A stretch of DNA of 64,000 nt from positions 43,214,001-43,278,000 of the forward strand of contig CM097886.1 in the NCBI GenBank assembly GCA_044892525.1, written 5' to 3'. Positions 21,541 through 62,160 of the stretch are shown piece by piece. The DNA comes from Schmidtea polychroa. Lineage: Eukaryota. Numbering within the stretch: position 1 is the stretch's first letter; every line of letters starts with the position of its first letter. Under the pieces are notes generated by a model. It saw only the letters and a list, made by a program, of their open reading frames with translations. It made no database searches and was not told the origin of the DNA. The position numbers and the translations under genes are program-made.

Positions 21541-21723
21541 TTGGACCCAGGCCTTCTAACGTCAGTCCTCGAACACATTTGAATATTTTCCGATTGTAGT
21601 GTATTCACTTTTCACTCGATACAGTTCCAACGTTGATCACTCAACGGATATTGAGTAGTACAGTATTCTTGTACGCTGGAAACCACACGAAATGGTAAAA
21701 TGTGGTCAACCTGTAATCCACCA
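21541..21723 (+). ncRNA. Structured RNA motif, copy 3 (decayed; inverted relative to copies 1 and 2)
   Basis: GGAC.CAGGCCTTCTA..CAGTCC, GATACAGT.CCAACGTTGAT..TCAACGG, TACGCTGGAAAC and CCTGTAA.CCACCATA match the reverse complement of 1176-1401. Confidence 0.6.
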
Positions 21724-21788
21724 TAACTTTCTCTACAAAATAGTAAACTTTATAATCAATAACTATATTTACTTAAATAACCTATATT

Positions 21789-22700
21789 TACCGTATTTTT
21801 GCATTATACACGCGGATTATACACGAAAATGACGTTTAAAAAGACCATAAACGAATATTTTTACATTTTCAATCAAAATATATGATGTATTTTTATTGTT
21901 TATTATATGATTAGTTGATAAAGGAAGGTAGATAAAACTTTACCATAATTTCAGATGAAAATTCTTCAAAACCAGTTACATCTGACAACGGAAAGTATTC
22001 TTCCATAAATTCCCCTTCATCTTCAGTTATTTTATCATCGTTACTTAAATTTTGATAATTTTCTTTCACAATAAGATAGAAATTTGAAAATTCATCAATA
22101 ACATGAATGATTTTAACTTCTTTCTTTGTGGAAACAATTCATTTGCATATTTCTGAAAAAGATGCTTTTCTTTGTCTTCCAGGGTTTGAAAAGTATGCGC
22201 TCCGATTTTCATCCACTCATATGCAATCGGAATAATGTTTTAGCACGCGAACTGAAACGATTCTGTTGGCAAGAACTTTTAAGGATATCGGAACCCCCTA
22301 TCTTTATTTTGAATTGAATAGGCTTGTCGTTCTTTATTTTTGAATTCGGCGAAATCATTTTTATGATTTGCCAAGAAACGGGAAATCTTTTACCAACTGT
22401 AATCTTGTTTCTTATTGTCAAACTGTTTCTTCTCATAAATTTATATAACCAGTGGTCGGAAATAAGAAAACTTTCTATTTTCCTTTTGTCGAATATCAAT
22501 GGTTAAAACTGAATGTAATTTATTTTTCAGATATCTGAATATCAGATATCCAAATCTTATTATTTTCAAGGCCATGTTAACTCGGTGTTTTGCTTCATGC
22601 TACCATTTGTTTTCGATCGAAATTGATTAGAATAGCCTCATTTTATCTCTGTACCCATACATCTCAGCAGCCTTTCAGTACGTGTAGGTTTTTGTATACT
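21789..22700 (-). mobile_element. pogo/Tigger-like DNA transposon relic
   Basis: CENP-B-type HTH fragment SDHWLYKFMRRNSLTIR (22209-22499); TA-CCGTATTTT terminal-like sequence at 21789; multiple stops. Right boundary approximate. Confidence 0.6.
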
Positions 22701-22963
22701 CAATAATTGTGAGTTAAGTTGCTGCTGAAAACGATTTTCTTGTTTTATAGATATGGTTAAAAATTACAATTTTCCTAATGAAAATATTAATTTATTAAAC
22801 TCATAATATAAAAACCTTCAAATATATTTTAATTTTCACATATTTATTATAACTAAAAATAACATTAAATAATTTCTTAATTATAATTATGTAGCAATTA
22901 ATATTTCGAACAAATCAAAGACTATTTTAATTTTCAAATACAAAGGAAATTTATTTAATTAAC

Positions 22964-23051
<88 letters not shown>

Positions 23052-23052
23052 T
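22964..23052. repeat. (ATT)n microsatellite
   Basis: About 29 perfect units. Another (ATT)n run lies at about 44775-44820. Confidence 0.98.
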
Positions 23053-23325
23053 TATTAAATTAACAAATTTAATCTTTTTTATATTTTCGAAAGTGAGATA
23101 AAGCAAAACAGAATTCTTTTAAAAAATTTCAATATTTGTTTGGAAATTTCAAAACAAACATTTCATATTAAAATCTAAGATAAATGAAATACATTAAATT
23201 TGGTCATTTGAAAAAAATTTTAATTAATTTAATAGTTGAGGTCACGAAAAAATTTTTTATAATTTTTTTGGTCACAAAAAAACTAGTTTGGGAAATACTG
23301 ATCTAGAATATCAATAATTCTGTTT

Positions 23326-23618
23326 CAGTTAAAGTATAAACTTAGACAATGTATACATTAACTAGATAATGTATACAATCTCTAATAAAATACATAAATG
23401 TTGTTCTAATATACTATGTTGCAATACAACCTAGATATAATAAACATTTTATTATTATTTTATTATTGTCTATAAACTTTACTAGCAAAGATTTTACAAC
23501 TAAAAATTTTATAATGACTATACTTGAACTGAATTTAAAACTTTTACTGTAATGTAAACTTTAACTAGTTAATGTATACATTGTCTAAGTTTATACTTTA
23601 AGTTAAAGTCTTTAACTG
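23326..23618. mobile_element. MITE-like element with long inverted repeats
   Basis: 37-bp perfect inverted repeat at 23329-23365 / 23565-23601; outer CAGTTAAAG / CTTTAACTG. Confidence 0.7.
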
Positions 23619-23980
23619 TAACATATTCATATACAAAATACAAATTATGATATTCAATAATCAACTTCATGAAAATCGACTGCACTAAGAAAAGATTCCA
23701 AAGTCTTTTGAAAATTTATTATTTTCCGAAAATTTCATTTTTTAAAAATGCAATTGAATTCTAAGATATTTGATTGTTCTTTTACTTAATTTTTAATTTA
23801 TTTTTTAACCGATTAGAAACCAATAATAAAAATGTTATTGAGGTAGCAAGATTTTCAACATACAAATAAGATGATTTATGTTCATAGAAAATGTAACTCA
23901 CCATAACCGGGTGTATTTAACTGCAAATACATGAATTCAAAATTAAGTATTAATACATTTTTCATATCATTTAAAGTTAT

Positions 23981-26026
23981 CTAATTTCTTTCAAAATATT
24001 TACTCTTAATTTGACTTTGCTCAATTTTTATTTGAAACTTTTGAACTGTCGATTCTGATTTCAAAATAAGCATTTCAATGTCTTCATCATCTTCAATTGT
24101 CGCCAATAAAACAGGATTATCTTGATGTTTTAATAATTTCCTTGAATAATTTAAAGAATGTATCCAATATCGTTTCAATCTTGGCCCCCAACTCGGAGGA
24201 GATTTAAAGCAACGTGAGAAAACCTTTTCGACAGACTCATTCCGATATAACCATGGAACTTTGATGATGACATAAAAGAAAACGACTATAATTGGAAATA
24301 GAATAACAAGTACAAACATCCATGACACAATATTTGTCCATGAAGGAAATGGAATGTTATGACGAACAATAATCTTATTTTCTTGAACAATCATAAAAAA
24401 TATAAATAACACACAAATTGGAGTAAAAACACAAAGAGTAAATATTACGAACACATTGTATATTGGGCCAGTCATTAACATCATGTCATACATAAAATTA
24501 TGGATCCCATAAATAGCGCATAGAGAAAATAATTCCAAGATAATAATTGCAATTAAAATAAATGGAACAACTGAAGTCTCAAATAAAACCAACCAGTTTA
24601 TCCCATTTGGTGTATTAAATGCGATACAGAAATTGAAGATGATTATACATAGGGCAATTGTCAGTAGGATTCTGTACCGTGTTTCATACAACACGGGGAA
24701 ATAATCAGAAATCCCTACTATAAGGGTTTTGATAAGTATGATGAGGTTGTCCATTCCAAAACATAAAATTAGAAACATTAATAAGATTGACCAAATATTA
24801 GAACTAGCTAAAGTCGCCAAAGCTTCAGAATAAATTAAAAATATTAAATTGGAATTATTTTCTAATAAATTTTTCAAATCACTTCCGTTTTTATATGAGA
24901 TGAATCCCAATATGGAAAATGTTACAAAAACGGAAATAAGATTTGTAAAGATTCCAGTAGATATGACTACGATGGCATTTCGATGGATTTTATCTCGGAA
25001 ACGATTAAAGCTGGAAATGGTGATGAAACCTCCAGTTGCGAGACCACTCGAAAACACAATTGTATCTAAGGCAATGAAATACGTTTGCGGATCACGTAAT
25101 TTTGAAACATTCGGATGAAGGTAGAATTTTATCCCGTTGTATGCACCAGGTAATGTCCCAGAGAGAAGAATAAACTGCAAAATAGCAACGTAGGGAAAGA
25201 TGACCGTTATATACATCACTTTACCCAATACTTTCAATCCAAATAATAATACAAAGATTACTAGGCATATGATAATCATTGTACATATGGTACTTGGTAA
25301 ATTAGGATTTCCTATACGATCAGATATTTGAACAAAAGATCCATCCTTTCGCTTTTCATTTGAAACATAAAAGTACCAAAATTGTTGAACAGAAGATTCA
25401 TATGAATTATTACTGAAACTGGAATTATAAAGTGAGGTGTTGATACATTTTTTAGAATTAAATGTGTTGGAGCAAACTGTCCAAGGAAGTTCTGACTGAA
25501 ATGAAAATAAAAAGTAAAGCAAGCTCCATGCTAAAACAGTTACATTATAAATACTCATCAAAAAACATAAGATAAATGTAGTAATTCCAATCCCAGCAAA
25601 TGCTGGACAATATTCAAATGATTTTATGCAGCCTTTACCACAGAATTGTCCTAGACACATTTCTAAAATCAACATCGGTCCACCGAATAGTACACAAAAG
25701 CACAAATATGGACCGAAAAACAATATACCACCACCTTGATAGACTTTTAGTGGAAAGCTCCAAAAGTTTCTCAATTCAACCATAAAACCGATGCAAGATA
25801 ATAAATATTCGAATTGGGTGTTCCAATGTCCTCTGAGTTGATTTCCATGGTCAGTTGGTAAAATCTCTAACCCAAATTTGGGAATGGAAATACTTTTTAA
25901 ATAATTTGGCAAAGGAGTTTCATCTAGATCTAAGGATTCTCCAGTTACACTTCTATAAAACCATCTTTTATGTGCAGTATCTTCCTCTGGATCCTCTACA
26001 GTTTCACCTGAGTATTCAGTTGTCAT
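23981..26026 (-). CDS. Intronless SLC6 / neurotransmitter:sodium symporter family transporter, atypical
   Basis: 681 aa, many TM helices; RGHW..QFEYLLSCIGF, GGG, LEMCLGQF, WSLLYFLFSF..ELPWTVC, YFFFRDK-like N.FRD, and PSWGP motifs of the SNF family. Confidence 0.93.
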   Translation of the reverse strand: MTTEYSGETVEDPEEDTAHKRWFYRSVTGESLDLDETPLPNYLKSISIPKFGLEILPTDHGNQLRGHWNTQFEYLLSCIGFMVELRNFWSFPLKVYQGGGILFFGPYLCFCVLFGGPMLILEMCLGQFCGKGCIKSFEYCPAFAGIGITTFILCFLMSIYNVTVLAWSLLYFLFSFQSELPWTVCSNTFNSKKCINTSLYNSSFSNNSYESSVQQFWYFYVSNEKRKDGSFVQISDRIGNPNLPSTICTMIIICLVIFVLLFGLKVLGKVMYITVIFPYVAILQFILLSGTLPGAYNGIKFYLHPNVSKLRDPQTYFIALDTIVFSSGLATGGFITISSFNRFRDKIHRNAIVVISTGIFTNLISVFVTFSILGFISYKNGSDLKNLLENNSNLIFLIYSEALATLASSNIWSILLMFLILCFGMDNLIILIKTLIVGISDYFPVLYETRYRILLTIALCIIIFNFCIAFNTPNGINWLVLFETSVVPFILIAIIILELFSLCAIYGIHNFMYDMMLMTGPIYNVFVIFTLCVFTPICVLFIFFMIVQENKIIVRHNIPFPSWTNIVSWMFVLVILFPIIVVFFYVIIKVPWLYRNESVEKVFSRCFKSPPSWGPRLKRYWIHSLNYSRKLLKHQDNPVLLATIEDDEDIEMLILKSESTVQKFQIKIEQSQIKSKYFERN

Positions 26027-27729
26027 TGCAAGTTTATGATTCTATGAAATTAGTATAATTTATTCATTAAATATTAATTTTATTTACTAATTGATACAAA
26101 AAATTTATTTCTTAAATTTAATAATTTCTAATTATTTAAATGGAAGGAATTTTTATTAAATGACTTTAAAATTTATTTTGACACATTTCTTATCAATATC
26201 CTTAACAAATAAATTTATTACTAGTTCGTATTGTTAAACAATAAAATTTTCTTTTATATATAATTTTTCCTTTATTCTAAATATCCTCAGCCAATAATTT
26301 ATGCTAAAATCGAAATTAAACAATTGATATTAAATAATTATTAAAGAGAGTTATATGAGTGTGGAAAGAGTTATAAAATAAAGAGTATGTGGCTTCAGAA
26401 TTCTGAGAAGTTTGAGCATGGGGAAGAAATAAAAAATGGATTGGCAAAAAGTCAAACAACAAAATACGACAAGGTCGTCCTTAATGTATAAGTAAAAGTC
26501 ATAAAAGGATAAACAAAAACATAGTCGAAATTGAAACAGCATTATAAAATTAAAAAAGAGATACAATTTGAGAAAACAAAAAAGGAAACCCAACTTATAG
26601 AGAAGACAGACGGGAGAACAGAATTAAAACGAAACGCAGAATAAATAAATGATTGTGTTAGACTTGCTATTCTTTCTGAAATGTTGCAATAAGTGTTGGT
26701 GTCGCTGTAAATATGTAAGCCGTTGTGTTAGTCAATGAAAGTCTATATTGTCTGGAATTCCTCATTGTTTCTGTTACTAAATAAACACGCTTGGAGTCAG
26801 ATCAATAATTGTTAATTTCACATTTCTCAAACACCTTAAAAATTAATATTTTTTGAAGGTTTCGACTTTCCATAATATATCTACAAGGCTTCAAAACATC
26901 TTTCCCATAGTTTCAATTTTTAACAAGTTTGAGATCATATGAAAAATCTTACAGCTCTAACGTAGTCGGATTCTCCACTTGTGACAACCATTTAATTGAC
27001 TATTAAACGTGGGCTTACTTCAATGGCTAAATTAAATAGTCATTTTAACTTTATGATAATTGAGAAAACTTTAAAAAAAATTGAATTTTTAATTTATCAA
27101 TAAAATTTTTGATCTCCTATTGCATTAAAATTAATTGACATTTAATCGTTTTAATGCTTTTTTTAACTTCAATTATTTACATTTCCTTGGGGATGCATAA
27201 AATATGGGATATGGAAAAAAAGCTTACATACATAGCGAATAATTTCAAATTGAAATAGGGTTCTAGAGGTGCAGGTATAAAAAATACAAACTAATTTTTA
27301 TACTATCAATTAATGCCAGAGATTAAATCAAGTCATTTTTGACTATCATAGAATTAAAGATTGACAAAGGTGGATTAAGTGATATTGATATAAGAAATTG
27401 AACGTTTTTCATTTAGGAAGCACTAGAAAATTTCTGATGGTTGATGGAGAACAGTTTATATATAAACTAGTTCTTAATTCCAGCTCGACTTGAGCTCTTG
27501 AAGAACTAGCTGTAATACTGTAGGATGAAAAGATGAAAGATGGAAATTTGGAGCTCAAAATTATGGGACTGCTACCTAAGTTTGAATGAAGGCAAATGTG
27601 TATTCACCACGCTTACAACCGAGTTATGATTCTATTATTACGGATATTTAAGAATTCGTCAGCTCAATTTTTGGCTACACCGCCACGCATTTGAAGACAG
27701 TAACAAAACTCAAACAGTATTACCCTTAA

Positions 27730-27968
27730 CCCTTTCCAGCCCAGTGATTCCAAATGGAATCATTAGTTAAAAACTCAGTTTTTTTCTCTCTACTACCAAA
27801 ACGGTTGGCAGTAACTAGTGAGAACTATAGTAAGATATGTTTTTAACAGTTGGCACAGGGGGCAACAAAAAAAATGAAGTAAATTATTTTTATGATAAAA
27901 TAAGTAGTTTTGGTACCTACTTACTGCATATTTTTTTTTAGTTTTGAAAAAATTTGGGCTGGAAAGGG
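27730..27968. mobile_element. piggyBac-type MITE
   Basis: 14-bp TIR CCCTTTCCAGCCCA with TTAA on both sides (27726-27729, 27969-27972). Confidence 0.85.
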
Positions 27969-28397
27969 TTAAGACACTACTCCTGCATCGTCTGAATATC
28001 AATTTCTAGTTGTATTTAAGTAGGACTTAATTCTAACTACCTGTTTTGTAAGACTCCAACCCATTTGTGTTGCCGACCTAGTTTCTTTCATCTTACACCC
28101 TATTTCAATTCAGCATGACGTCATGATCTCATACACCCAATTAAATATTTATTACTTTCTCACATACATAAATAAATAAAAAATAAGTCATCCTACACTG
28201 ACACCTGAGTAGAAACATAAAATGGAATTAATTATAATATTTATTAAACAAAAAGCTATAGAAATTGTAATAATAATTTACAACAATTTTTTTTAAATAA
28301 TTGTATTTTTTTACACATCATCAATTAAAATGCTACAATAGAATTTTATTTTTTATTTCTAAATTAACAAATGATATTGAGAACAGAAAATATTTGT

Positions 28398-56354
<27,957 letters not shown>

Positions 56355-58654
56355 AATGTGAATGGATAAAATTCAAATACAATTAAATTTTAAACAAATG
56401 TATTAACTGTTTATGAAACGAAATTGAACAAAAAATATTAATTTACTATTAATTCATTTTATTTTTGATTTAAAACTTAGTACATAAATTAAAGAAAAAA
56501 TTTTACTTAAAGCATAANNNNNNNNNNNNNNNNNNNNNNNNNNNNNNNNNNNNNNNNNNNNNNNNNNNNNNNNNNNNNNNNNNNNNNNNNNNNNNNNNNN
56601 NNNNNNNNNNNNNNNNNNNNNNNNNNNNNNNNNNNNNNNNNNNNNNNNNNNNNNNNNNNNNNNNNNNNNNNNNNNNNNNNTAAAATCATTTGATAAAAGT
56701 TAGAACTAAGTAGACTAGTTTCGAACTTTTGGCTCTCATCAGTACTATGCAGGAGACGCGAGGATTTCCCTTCGCGCCAGGTACGTATACAATATTGTTG
56801 ATTCAACTCTATTGCATACTTTCCCTGCTACACTGGAAATCACGTCACTTGCAAATTAGCTAAATCACAGAAAAAATATCTGCAAACGTGTAAACATGGC
56901 GTATGAAAAATCATATTCGCATGTGGAAACACCGACTATACACAGAGAATACTATAAGTAAATATCTTTACCTGGGTCTTTTAGGCACAGTTTACAATTA
57001 GGATGTTGCTCGCATTTGTGTAAAATTAATACTAGATTGTATATTTGAATTTCCATAGTGTTGGGGATACGTACGAAAAATTCAGAGTTTGTTTAAATAA
57101 GTCGGAAATACATAGCATGGAAACCGCACTAAATCAAATTAGAATCTATGAATTTACATTTAATAATACAAAGTAAGGTACTCAACACATTCAGGATAAA
57201 TAAAAGATATTTAATAAAACTGATAAATTCAAGACGTAGTTAAGAGAAAAACAACGCATTCAGAAAATATTCCAACTCGAAAATAAAAAAATAATAAATA
57301 AAATTAATAAATAATACTATCAAAAATTAAGATTGACTATTAATCTTATTTACATACGAACGATATGTGACAAAAATAATTTACATATAAAAGATATGTG
57401 ACAAAAATTGCAGAATTTAAGAAAAAGAATAGGAAAAATTATTTAAAAAATTTATAAAAAATATTCATGAAAATCGCTAAATAAATAGTGAATTAAATAG
57501 AAAATAAAATATTAAATAATTCGATTATTTAAAAAAATCAATTAAATACAAAAAATTTCTTCAAACAAAATAAAAATAATGATGCAACACTAGAGTAGAT
57601 GTGCGCTGCAGTTCTGAATTTTTCAGAATTTTACACACGCTGCTTTCATAGGGTATAGTATAGATACCGGCTAAAAATTCATATATATATACAGCTAGTT
57701 AAGATAACCAAAGATTTGCGCTCAGTAAATACTGATCGAAAATTCAGTCAGAAAAGTAATTTTAATCTGAAATCAACACTATTTACCCGACATTGCTAGG
57801 CGCTCTCAGTTTTCAGTTTATGCAATTGCGGTAAGTTGAATTGTATTTTTGATAACTTTATGTAGTGTGATTTTATGAAAAGCATAAATTGATGTAATTT
57901 TATGATTAATAAAATTTTTAAATTTGATTTGTTTTAGTTATAATTTGTTTTATGTTTTGTTTTTTTTAATGGTTACTTTATTTTTGCATTTTGAATAACA
58001 ATCATAATTTGCATAAATATTTTTTGATCTGATGCTAAGAATCTTCATGTTTTATTGATGTCCTAGATTTTATGAGGAGTATGAAATTACATTTATTAGT
58101 TTAGAAATAAAGGCCGATCCCTGCTCAAATATTTGAAGAGAACCATAGAAAACATTTAGTAACGAGGACTACAGTTAAATGAACATATGACAACATCAAC
58201 AATAGAATAGATAAGGAATTATGACGTAAGACCTTTTATCGCAGTCTAGGATCCGTTGGGAAAATACAATGAGGAGTAGTTTTAGCAATAGAGATCACCT
58301 ACTCATTGATTTTCAACCATTGTGTACAGTATCAACATGGTCGTCGCCATGGGTACACATTTGGTCTAATGTACAATAGTTATGAAAACGTTTAGGAAGG
58401 AGTCGATTTAGCATTTACAATTACCCCTAACACATTTAAAATAAAAATGACACACCCCTAAGAGAACAACAGAGGCAGAAGGCTTAAATTATCATTTAAT
58501 TGTTTAATATAATATGTACAGTTGATAAATAAAAATAATTTTTGGTTGTAATTAAATTTCAAATGTGTCAGATCATTTTGCCCCACCCCGTATAATTATC
58601 ACAAAATTAACCAATTTAACTTATTTTGTTATATGATTGGTTTCAATTTAACAC

Positions 58655-60470
58655 CGTGCGCTTGATACTGTGACCTTAGATAATATTGATGAAGAGGTAG
58701 CAAAATTAATTCATGCAAAAGGTTCAAAACCAGCTAAATTATACGGACTTCCAAAAGTGGATAAAGACGGAGTTCCCATGAGACCTGTTTTATCTATGGT
58801 CGGAACAGCTCAGTATAAAATAGCGAAGTATTTGGATGAATTATTAAAACCCTTAATAAAATCTGAGTTTGAATGTAAGGATAGTTTCGAATTTGCATCA
58901 TGTATAGGACAATTGAATAAAAATCATGTTAATGAGTATATGGTTTCGTTTGATGTATGTAATTTATTTACAAATGTCCCGTTGAACGAAAAAATCGATT
59001 TATGTTGTGAATTATGGAATGAAAATATTAATGCGCATAATATGTATGATGGAAATGCATTTATGAAGCTTTGAGAATTTGTAACTTCCAAAGTTAACTT
59101 TCTTTTTAATAATGAATGGTATGAACAAATTGATGGAGTGGCTATGGGTTCGACCTTAGCACAAACAATGGCGTCTTTATTTTTGGCATGTTTAGAAAAG
59201 AAAATTGCTTCTTTTCAATATGAAAACCAATTGTGTATAAATGGTATGTTGATGATATTTTTCTGATATTTAAAAATGAGGAACATGTGAAACCTTTTTT
59301 GTATTACATGAATGGATTCCATAAGAACAATTAACATGTGAAACTGAGAAGGATTCATCCCTAGCAGTTCTTAACTTGTTAATTAAACGTAAAGATGAAC
59401 AATATGAGACAGAAATTTACAGAAAACCAACAGATATAAAAGAAACATGGTGCAAGGATTGGTTTATCGATCATGGTGCTTATCTTCCACTTTTAAAAAT
59501 TCAGTAAAAAGTGTTGATAAATTAGTTGAATTACTGGTGAAGAATGGATACTCAAAACGGTTTTTATTGTTAACGTTGAAAGAGACTGTTGATAAATGTA
59601 TGAATAATGCTAAGGAATGAATGTAAATTGACTGACATGTCGAATGATGTAGTGAATATGAGTATTGATACTAACAAACAAGATGAGCCAAAATATACGA
59701 TAGCATTGCCGAATTCTGAAGTATATAAAGATTTCAAAAGAAAGATTGGTAAACAGCTGGGTACATTGAATTATAGAATTGTTTCAAAATCATGCAAAGT
59801 ACGTAGTATGTTGGTTAGTAAATTTCAAACACCGGTTGGATTGTGTTCGGATATCGTTTCTCAATTCACATGTAATGGGTGTAATGCCACATACATTGGA
59901 GAGACTTCCCGTCATCTCTGTACTCGAGTTCAAGAACACTGTCGACCGAAAGGAGTGTCCAATAATAAGAATCACAATAAAGTCTGTATGAGAGAATTAG
60001 GAATGTCTGATTTCAAAATCTTACCAAAAAATTTTGATAATTGTTTTGAGCATGTGATATGTGAAGCATTATTGATAAGAACTTTTAATCCTAAAATCAA
60101 TGTGCATAATGCAGTGAATACGTGTGCGTTGAATGTTTTTAATTAAATTTTTGTATGTTGATGTATATTGAATAATAGTTATGTTAAATAATTAAAAAAT
60201 AATTAAAATAATATTTTTTAAATAATTTTAAAAGTTTAAATATTTTAAAATTTTTTATTTATAATTTAAAATTTATAGATTTTATAATTTGCTTATATAT
60301 TATTAATATAATATAGTTATTCATCTGTCGTGCATGTAGGTTAACTGATGATGATAGTGATGCTATCGAAATATATAGTGAAAAAGATGTACGAATGGCG
60401 ATTTTTATTAATAAAATCTTCACCGTGTTTATTTAAGTTTTTACTTATTTGTTTGTGTTTTCTTGAATAA
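58655..60470 (+). mobile_element. Penelope-like retroelement (RT plus GIY-YIG), 5'-truncated and decayed
   Basis: LYGLPKVDKDGVPMRPVLS, SFDVCNLFTNVP, YEQIDGVAMGS, WYVDDIF, YRKPT and CNGCNATYIGETSRHLCTRVQEH motifs; stops and frameshifts. Confidence 0.93.
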
Positions 60471-60573
60471 ATAATAAATATAAAAATAATATGTGAAAAA
60501 TTTGTGTTGTCTATATGATATTATATTAGAAAATAAAACAGAAATTTGATGATTCTGAATATCCACGTTTTTT

Positions 60574-60954
60574 TCAATTATCCGTGACCATCATCCCCAG
60601 CATTAGCCACATCAGAAGAATTTCATTGGAATTAATATCACAAGCTTTATTTGTACAAAACCATTTATCGTGTCCAATAACTTGAGATTGAGCCATGATT
60701 GAATTTAAAACATTGGATAATTGTTCAACACTTCGGCGAATAAACATTGGAGTTGTGTTGATCTTTTTAAGAGCTCGATTGAATAGAAGATCATATTCAT
60801 AAGTTAGCAAGTTTATCTTTTTATCGCTAATGTCATAAATGATTCCAGATAATCCACGAATATCTTTAAATCTTTGGGTAAATTTCATAAAAATATCTTG
60901 GAGTTCCTCTTCTGTCATTTGATGATTTACAGAAATTAAATCGTTGATTTTCAA
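60574..60954 (-). CDS. Hypothetical ORF of unknown family (possibly pseudogenised)
   Basis: 126 open codons with protein-like composition; an in-frame ATG lies at 61035 but is separated by one TAA. Confidence 0.35.
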   Translation of the reverse strand: MKINDLISVNHQMTEEELQDIFMKFTQRFKDIRGLSGIIYDISDKKINLLTYEYDLLFNRALKKINTTPMFIRRSVEQLSNVLNSIMAQSQVIGHDKWFCTNKACDINSNEILLMWLMLGMMVTDN

Positions 60955-62160
60955 TCGTTATGAAAAACTTCCATTATTAATCTTCGCTATCTTGCTCATT
61001 GAAATACGACCTTTCAACCATTCATTATCATCCATATTTCAGCCAAGACCACAAAAAATTCCAATCGAGTTCAAATCAATTCATTTAACAAACCAAAACT
61101 TAGAATTCAAAATCCATTCAAAAATCCACAATTTCAGAAAAACATAAATCGATTGATTCAGCCAAACAAAATTATTTTCTACAACTTAATATATAAAAAT
61201 TCATAAAAAATGAAAATAAACCTACTTCTCGCGTCTGAGTGTGCACACCAACAAAATTCAATCTACACCTAACCGCGAAATATAACATTATCTATAATCT
61301 AAAAAAAAATCAATAAATATATATTATAGGAACACACAAACTTACCCGTGTGTAGAAATTTAATGCTGCGAAATTTAACATATTTATTATAGGAATCTAA
61401 AAAGTAAGAGAAAATAATTAAGCATACAAGCACAGCACACATAATGAAAAATACATACAAAATTAAGTAAAGTGTTTTTCATGCGAAATATACATTGATT
61501 AACATATAATTAACATATCAATATTTTCAAATTATTTAAAAAGTTATGTACAAAAAAACTTTTGAATCAGATTCTGACTGCTCTACCTTGAGCTTTAGGG
61601 AAAAAGAAGTAAATACATCGTAAGATTTAATTATAAAATAATTTAGAATATAAAATTTCTTTAGATTTACAGATATTGAAGAAGATCCTTCGACATCTTT
61701 GAATTTGCAGGAAAAAAATCGCAAATCGTAAATTTTAATAAATTATTTTAACAAATTAATATTTTCATAGAATTACAAAAATAGAAAAAATTCGAAAGAA
61801 GATTAAAAAACTTAAAAAATATTTTATCCATTCTTTACTAAATGTCTTTAAAAAATAAATGTTTGGTGATTACTTTACTTATTTATAATTATAAAAATAT
61901 CTAACTTACATTTTTACGAAATAAATCCAAATAAATCCAAATAAAATACCATAAAATTTCTAAAAAAACACCTGAAATTTAATTATCAATGTTATATATT
62001 ATCAATATTATAAATGCTGACTAACAGTAATATTTAAGAACTTGAATAATGATCTCATAATTATTTAAAATCAAAATTCAAGTCCTAAAAATTACTTCAA
62101 TTCAAAAACTTACCTTAAAACGATTTTTGAAAAATTGAAAAAATGAAATTAAGTTAACAT

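Noticed and set aside
23981-26026. SLC6 gene nested in a HADHA intron
   Set aside because: The HADHA stop codon is at 28398-28400; SLC6 lies about 2.4 kb downstream in tandem.
56972-57031. Minus-strand exon-like HKCEQHPNCKLCLKDP resembling a PSI domain
   Set aside because: Neighbouring exons could not be joined into a coherent protein, and it conflicts with equally plausible plus-strand signals.
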